A stretch of 64,000 bases of DNA. It comes from Giardia intestinalis. Its lineage: Eukaryota. The stretch lies in NCBI GenBank assembly GCA_000002435.2, contig CM018792.1; one strand, written 5' to 3'. A model generated the notes under the pieces. It made no database searches and was not told the DNA's origin. It worked only from the letters and a program-made list of their open reading frames with translations. Shown here piece by piece: positions 60,024 to 64,000 of this stretch (within the stretch, counting starts at the first letter, position 1; every line of letters begins with the position of its first letter). The position numbers and the translations under genes were made by a program.

Positions 60024-61691
60024 CTATGAGGACTGCGCTGATCTGTGCCTACGAAATCGAGATCCTATATACGTGTTATTGTATTTGTCCACCCACGCAG
60101 GCCAGATGCACGTGTACCTGGCTGCTCCACTCGATGGCTGCACCATCGTGCCGTGCTCCATTGCGTGCTCACACATTCTGAGCTCGTGATATCCGTAGGT
60201 GGCCCTCTGAACGGGCAGAATGTGCAACTCGTGGAGGATGGCAAATGTGGAGAGGATTGCATAGAGGAACGAAAAGTCCAGCTCGCCGTCTCGTAAAAGG
60301 TGCCTCTCTGCATTGAATAGGCGGACGCGCTTGTACTGGGGCCACAGCGGGACAGTGATCCTGGACATGCTGTTGATCTGCAGGAACTTGAGGTAGTAGC
60401 GGTGCAGGAAGTTGCCGTAGCTGGACTGAACGGAGTCAAACCAGTGGGCCCTGACGTACATGCGTAGAGACACCAGTAAGTTGACTGTATTGTAAATATC
60501 GCTATCACCGTGCGATGATGCGCCGTCATCTCTAAGAATGGTCCGAGCCTCTGCCAAGGAGGCAGGTAGGCGAGGAAGGTCCGCTGGCTCCAGAGCAAGC
60601 ACAAACTTATAGAAGGCGTCGCTGCTGAGGAGCTCGCGAACAAACTCTGCTATCTTAAAAAGGGTCACACCTATCATAATGGAGGCCTTGATAGCCGAAA
60701 GAGCCGGCTGCGCGTCGGCGAAGAGCTGGTAGAGCTTGTCGAGCGGCGGAAAGAGGGAGATCAGCGAGTATGTACACCCATTGCGATACTTATCGATCAC
60801 GGTGAAAAGGTTCTTCCTGAGCTGGCGAGGGTCTTCTGACGAGGGTCTGCTGCACGGGGGCTCATTGAGACGTGGCTCTCCAGAATACAGAGACGTTCCG
60901 CCTACTGTGTTCTGTTCTTCTGGATGGCCTGCACGTAAGGAGACCAGATCTTCCATAGGTGGCAATGCAGAAACTTTTCTCCTGAAATAGTCGAGCTCGT
61001 CAAACGCAACGGGGTCAGAAAACCTGCCATTGGCATGCGGTCTGATGGCTGATGTGCGGAGACGCCTGTGGCGGGATGAACGGATGCTTGCCGCCGACTT
61101 GCGGGCTATATTTCCAGCGAGTGCACACGTTTGTGCCTCGCATTCCTCAGAGGGTGAATCATAGAATGAATCCTCGCAGGCCATTTGAGCCGGCTGCCCA
61201 GATGAGTGGACCTCCTTCCAGAAAAGAGAATGCTTGGGCCGAGGTGAAGAGCTGTGAGGAAGAAAGCCGTCAGATTCACGCACCTTCCAACCATGCGCCA
61301 TATCACTCTGTAGCCTGTCACGGTCTGCAATAAGAGAAGAGCTACAAGAGCGTTTCATTGAAGAGCACGATGAGCCTCTGCATAGCTGTGTCTTGATGTC
61401 CTCAGAGCTCAGGCTCAGCAAATGTATCTTGGCCTCAAGATCTGCAATTGCCGTCGTCGTGCTGTTTAGAACATCGAGATAGTGCGCCGCCTGTAGCTTT
61501 AGTCCCCGAAGCTGGCTCATACACGCAGTAATTGCTACGTCGTCTCTGCGCACCTGGGAGTCAATGCGACGCCACATCGCTTGTCGCCGACACCTTTCCT
61601 CTGTGTCTTGGAGTGCCCTGACACTGCTTCTCTCTGTCCCACGTCGATGCTGCTCTGTAAGCTCCTCGGGGGACAGATATGCAAAACCCAT
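60024..61691 (-). CDS. hypothetical protein, 555 aa
   Basis: ATG at 61689-61691. Long ORF, no recognisable motif. Converges on the OGT 3' end with a 21-nt spacer. Confidence 0.45.
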   Translation of the reverse strand: MGFAYLSPEELTEQHRRGTERSSVRALQDTEERCRRQAMWRRIDSQVRRDDVAITACMSQLRGLKLQAAHYLDVLNSTTTAIADLEAKIHLLSLSSEDIKTQLCRGSSCSSMKRSCSSSLIADRDRLQSDMAHGWKVRESDGFLPHSSSPRPKHSLFWKEVHSSGQPAQMACEDSFYDSPSEECEAQTCALAGNIARKSAASIRSSRHRRLRTSAIRPHANGRFSDPVAFDELDYFRRKVSALPPMEDLVSLRAGHPEEQNTVGGTSLYSGEPRLNEPPCSRPSSEDPRQLRKNLFTVIDKYRNGCTYSLISLFPPLDKLYQLFADAQPALSAIKASIMIGVTLFKIAEFVRELLSSDAFYKFVLALEPADLPRLPASLAEARTILRDDGASSHGDSDIYNTVNLLVSLRMYVRAHWFDSVQSSYGNFLHRYYLKFLQINSMSRITVPLWPQYKRVRLFNAERHLLRDGELDFSFLYAILSTFAILHELHILPVQRATYGYHELRMCEHAMEHGTMVQPSSGAARYTCIWPAWVDKYNNTYIGSRFRRHRSAQSS

Positions 61692-63005
61692 AGCGCAGGG
61701 CAGTCGGAAAGTAGAGCCGGACTCTCGCTAATTTTTCAGACCAAAGGTCGCCAATAAACCTGTTCACTGATAGTCTGTCTAGTCGAACGTCTGGGGTCTG
61801 TGCATAGCAGTCCTCAACAAAACACCAATAGGCCCCCAAGGCTCTAGCGTTTGACTTGGGAAAAGTAGGGGATGTGACGAACAGACACGTTTCACTAGGT
61901 GTATCTGAGCAAATTCCCTCGTGCAAGCTACTGCACTGGATGGGTCTCCTGCTTACCGTCCAAGATCCGAGAGTCGGATGCCCTCGATTCCGGCGGAAGA
62001 ACCCCTATGTCCCAGCTCTCCTAAAAGCTGCCGCTCCTCGCGGTGCCCCCTAGGACTTCCCTCCCTCTGGCCCGTCGGGGTCAACCATCGTCTGATATCT
62101 AGTGAGCACCCGTTGTCTCGGGGCTACCGTCGGTCACAGCAGCCTGGCCTCCGCGTGACTCTGGTGCTCCGTGACGAAGATTGCACGCCACGACCCCGGG
62201 TGTCTACCCCGTTCCTCGGGGTGCCTCTTCGTCTCCTCGTGGATTATACCATCAGTCTCGAGTATGATCGGAGGGTGCGCTCCACGTACGCCTCCATCTT
62301 GAGGTTGTGGTACGCATTCGTGGATGTCGATGGAGTACTCCCATGTGTTGTGTCGGGGAGAAGTATGGCCCTCTGCTCATGGATCGCAGGGCGCTCTTGC
62401 AGGTGCTCCGTCACCCAGGACGAGATCATGTCGATGCTCACCCTGTGCAGTGCGTCTGGCTCAGTGACCTGTGGGCTGGTCCATCTGCACCGCACAGCAC
62501 GCTTGGGGGTGATGCTTCGGTCTGTCGAGACGGTTGGTCCAGGGCCGCATCTCTGAGAGGCGTCGTCTGAGGCACCAGGAGCAGTCAGGACCGGTTCACC
62601 GAGGCCGTCTCTCTACAATCGGCACCCGTCTACTCGATGGTGTCAGGCACTGCCAGCTGCTGTAGTAGACCCCCGGCAAGTGACCCAGACCGCCACCACT
62701 CTCCGGTGCAGGCAGGATCAGTCCGCCTCTGTCAGCCAAGCACCCCAACTCCTATTTCTTGTCGAGGGATTCATATGGGTCACGTGTGGGTCTGTCTGGA
62801 CAAGCGGGGCGAGTGATTAGTACCATCACTAGCTTCGGCCCTCCGTTGCCCTCTCTATCGCCTCGGGGGAGGGGCATAAATCTTCTTCCATCAAAGTGGA
62901 TGACGTCTGACCTGTGAGATCTGGATCTCGGTTGCTGAAGAGCGAGAGACACGCCCAGTATAATAACTTGCATAGGGACTTCCTCGGGCAGTTGGCAAAC
63001 TAACC

Positions 63006-63482
63006 TTGGTGAAGCAGAGTAGATTATGGACAATAAGCAACAGTTCGACGCCTCAAAGCAAGGCCCTGCTACTATACAATCCAGCGATCAATGCATACGA
63101 GGTCTCTATCAGTGTTGCTCTGCTATCGTTATATCACTCGCAAAAGCAGTACATTCTTTCCGACCCTGTCATAGCTGTCCTGCGGAACATGTGCAGCGAT
63201 ACTACGTTCACCACAGACAGCGATACACACCTGAAGGTGCGTCTTAACTTGGATATCGAAACCAGCGATGGATATCAGGGGCTCGAGGCAGATGTCGTCT
63301 TCTTGTCGTTGTCGGAGCCCAGAGGTAATGAATTCAGGAATAACCTCTGCAGATCTCTTGTGGCTGTAAGCCGGGCACGCAGGCTATTCGTCTGCATCGG
63401 GGCAGTAGACCAATACGACAATCAAATATGGAGAAATGTATCTAGCACAGTGTCCTGCCCAGGTGTTCAAACAGTAGCGTAA
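63006..63482 (+). pseudogene. C-terminal fragment of an Upf1/Sen1/DNA2-like superfamily-1 helicase (motifs V-VI only); probable gene relic
   Basis: Frame opens immediately after a TAG at 62973 and begins with TTG (no ATG for ~60 codons). Encodes ...TSDGYQGLEADVVFLSLSEPRGNEFRNNLCRSLVAVSRARRLFVCIGAV, which matches Upf1 motif V TVDSFQGREKDFIILSCVR and motif VI RRLNVALTRARYGVIIVGN. No Walker A/B-containing N-terminal part is present upstream. Confidence 0.45.
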
Positions 63483-64000
63483 CGACATCGTCAAGTCCAG
63501 TTAGTATACTTACATCATTTAAACCCTCAAGTCTTTCTTTATCGAGTGGGCCTATCCGGAGTCTCAGCACAAGTTTTTCTCCCTCCTGTATCAGGCTGTG
63601 CATGGTCTTAGCCACATGTCGAAGAATGGTTGAAGCCCGTATTGATATAGATGCATCGTCAGTATTAATAAGAGTTTTGGAGAGCATTGCGGACTGATCA
63701 TAAAAACTGTGGGGATCCACTTCAAATATGTCCCTGTCTAAGTTATACTTTGTCACTATTTCATTAAAGGTACTGCACTCCTTATTAACAAATTTGATGA
63801 GTGTATCAAACTTTCGGCTCTGGATGAAAAGTTGCTCCTTATATTGTCCAGTAAGCCTTAGTGCGTCATCTAATTGTTTCCTTAACACCGCTTGCTTCTC
63901 CTGTAACCTGATGTTCTCCTTTTCAAGGCTTTCATACTCTGCTGTGGTCTTTAAAGTGTCAATGGCGGTTCTAAGTGATAAATTCTCAGCCCTTAGGTCT
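63442..64000 (-). CDS. partial coiled-coil hypothetical protein; 5' end lies beyond the window
   Basis: ORF track start 63888 is a GTG and the frame stays open to the window edge. Heptad-rich (LRLRIGPLDKERLEGL..., and upstream ...LKAENLSLRTAIDTLKTTAEYESLEKENIRLQEKQAVLR by eye on the reverse strand). Confidence 0.3.
   Translation of the reverse strand, partial: DLRAENLSLRTAIDTLKTTAEYESLEKENIRLQEKQAVLRKQLDDALRLTGQYKEQLFIQSRKFDTLIKFVNKECSTFNEIVTKYNLDRDIFEVDPHSFYDQSAMLSKTLINTDDASISIRASTILRHVAKTMHSLIQEGEKLVLRLRIGPLDKERLEGLNDVSILTGLDDVVTLLFEHLGRTLC

Noticed and set aside
61921-62556. 211-codon ORF (and 62307-62570) inside the GC-rich block
   Set aside because: Pro/Arg/Ser-rich translation typical of random GC-rich DNA. 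No motif. Other frames equally open. Treated as non-coding.
1-64000. Looked for CRISPR arrays, toxin-antitoxin or defence operons, integrases/transposases, tRNA/rRNA genes
   Set aside because: No direct-repeat/spacer arrays, no recognisable recombinase/RT/transposase ORFs, no tRNA-like cloverleaf candidates in the short spacers. The content is eukaryotic, so a prokaryotic-style system is not supportable.

Overview
This 64-kb window is eukaryotic, not prokaryotic. It is a gene-dense, apparently intron-free stretch of nuclear DNA. The best fit is a diplomonad of the Giardia intestinalis type (my confidence in the organism call is about 0.6). The reasons are: GC near 49%; intergenic spacers of 7-550 bp; AT-rich initiator stretches directly abutting ATGs; AGTRAAY-type poly(A) signals a few nucleotides after several stop codons; two 'protein 21.1'-style ankyrin-repeat proteins; and a NEK-like pseudokinase with ankyrin repeats. 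I can support about 24 protein-coding genes on both strands: a giant dynein heavy chain (5163 aa, four recognisable AAA P-loops); an SDR oxidoreductase; two ankyrin-repeat proteins; a PlsC/LPLAT-type acyltransferase; a threonine-dehydratase domain fused behind a ~480-aa unknown N-terminal region; elongation factor 1-gamma; an inactive NEK-like kinase; an MIF/tautomerase homolog; an S9 serine peptidase; a ~1600-aa protein whose central kinase domain has eIF2alpha-kinase hallmarks; a DEAD-box helicase; a BirA-type biotin-protein ligase; an O-GlcNAc transferase (TPR + GT41); and several lineage-specific hypothetical proteins (coiled-coil, TPR-like, one of 1669 aa). I found no rRNA, tRNA, CRISPR array, intact transposon or prokaryotic-style defence or operon system, and I do not claim one. 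The supplied ORF track uses TTG/GTG as starts. Several of its starts are therefore not real eukaryotic starts (27955, 33028, 43100, 52317, 52501, 63006, 63888), and I re-anchored them on the first in-frame ATG. With that correction most apparent gene overlaps disappear. The most unusual loci are: (i) the threonine dehydratase fusion; (ii) the eIF2alpha-kinase-like giant kinase without recognisable sensor domains; (iii) a ~1.3-kb GC-rich ORF-free block followed by a start-less C-terminal fragment of an Upf1-like SF1 helicase (probable gene relic) at 61.7-63.5 kb; (iv) a divergent gene pair whose candidate ATGs overlap in one CATG; and (v) extreme gene packing, for example 9 nt between the dynein stop and the next ATG, with the dynein poly(A) signal lying inside the downstream CDS.
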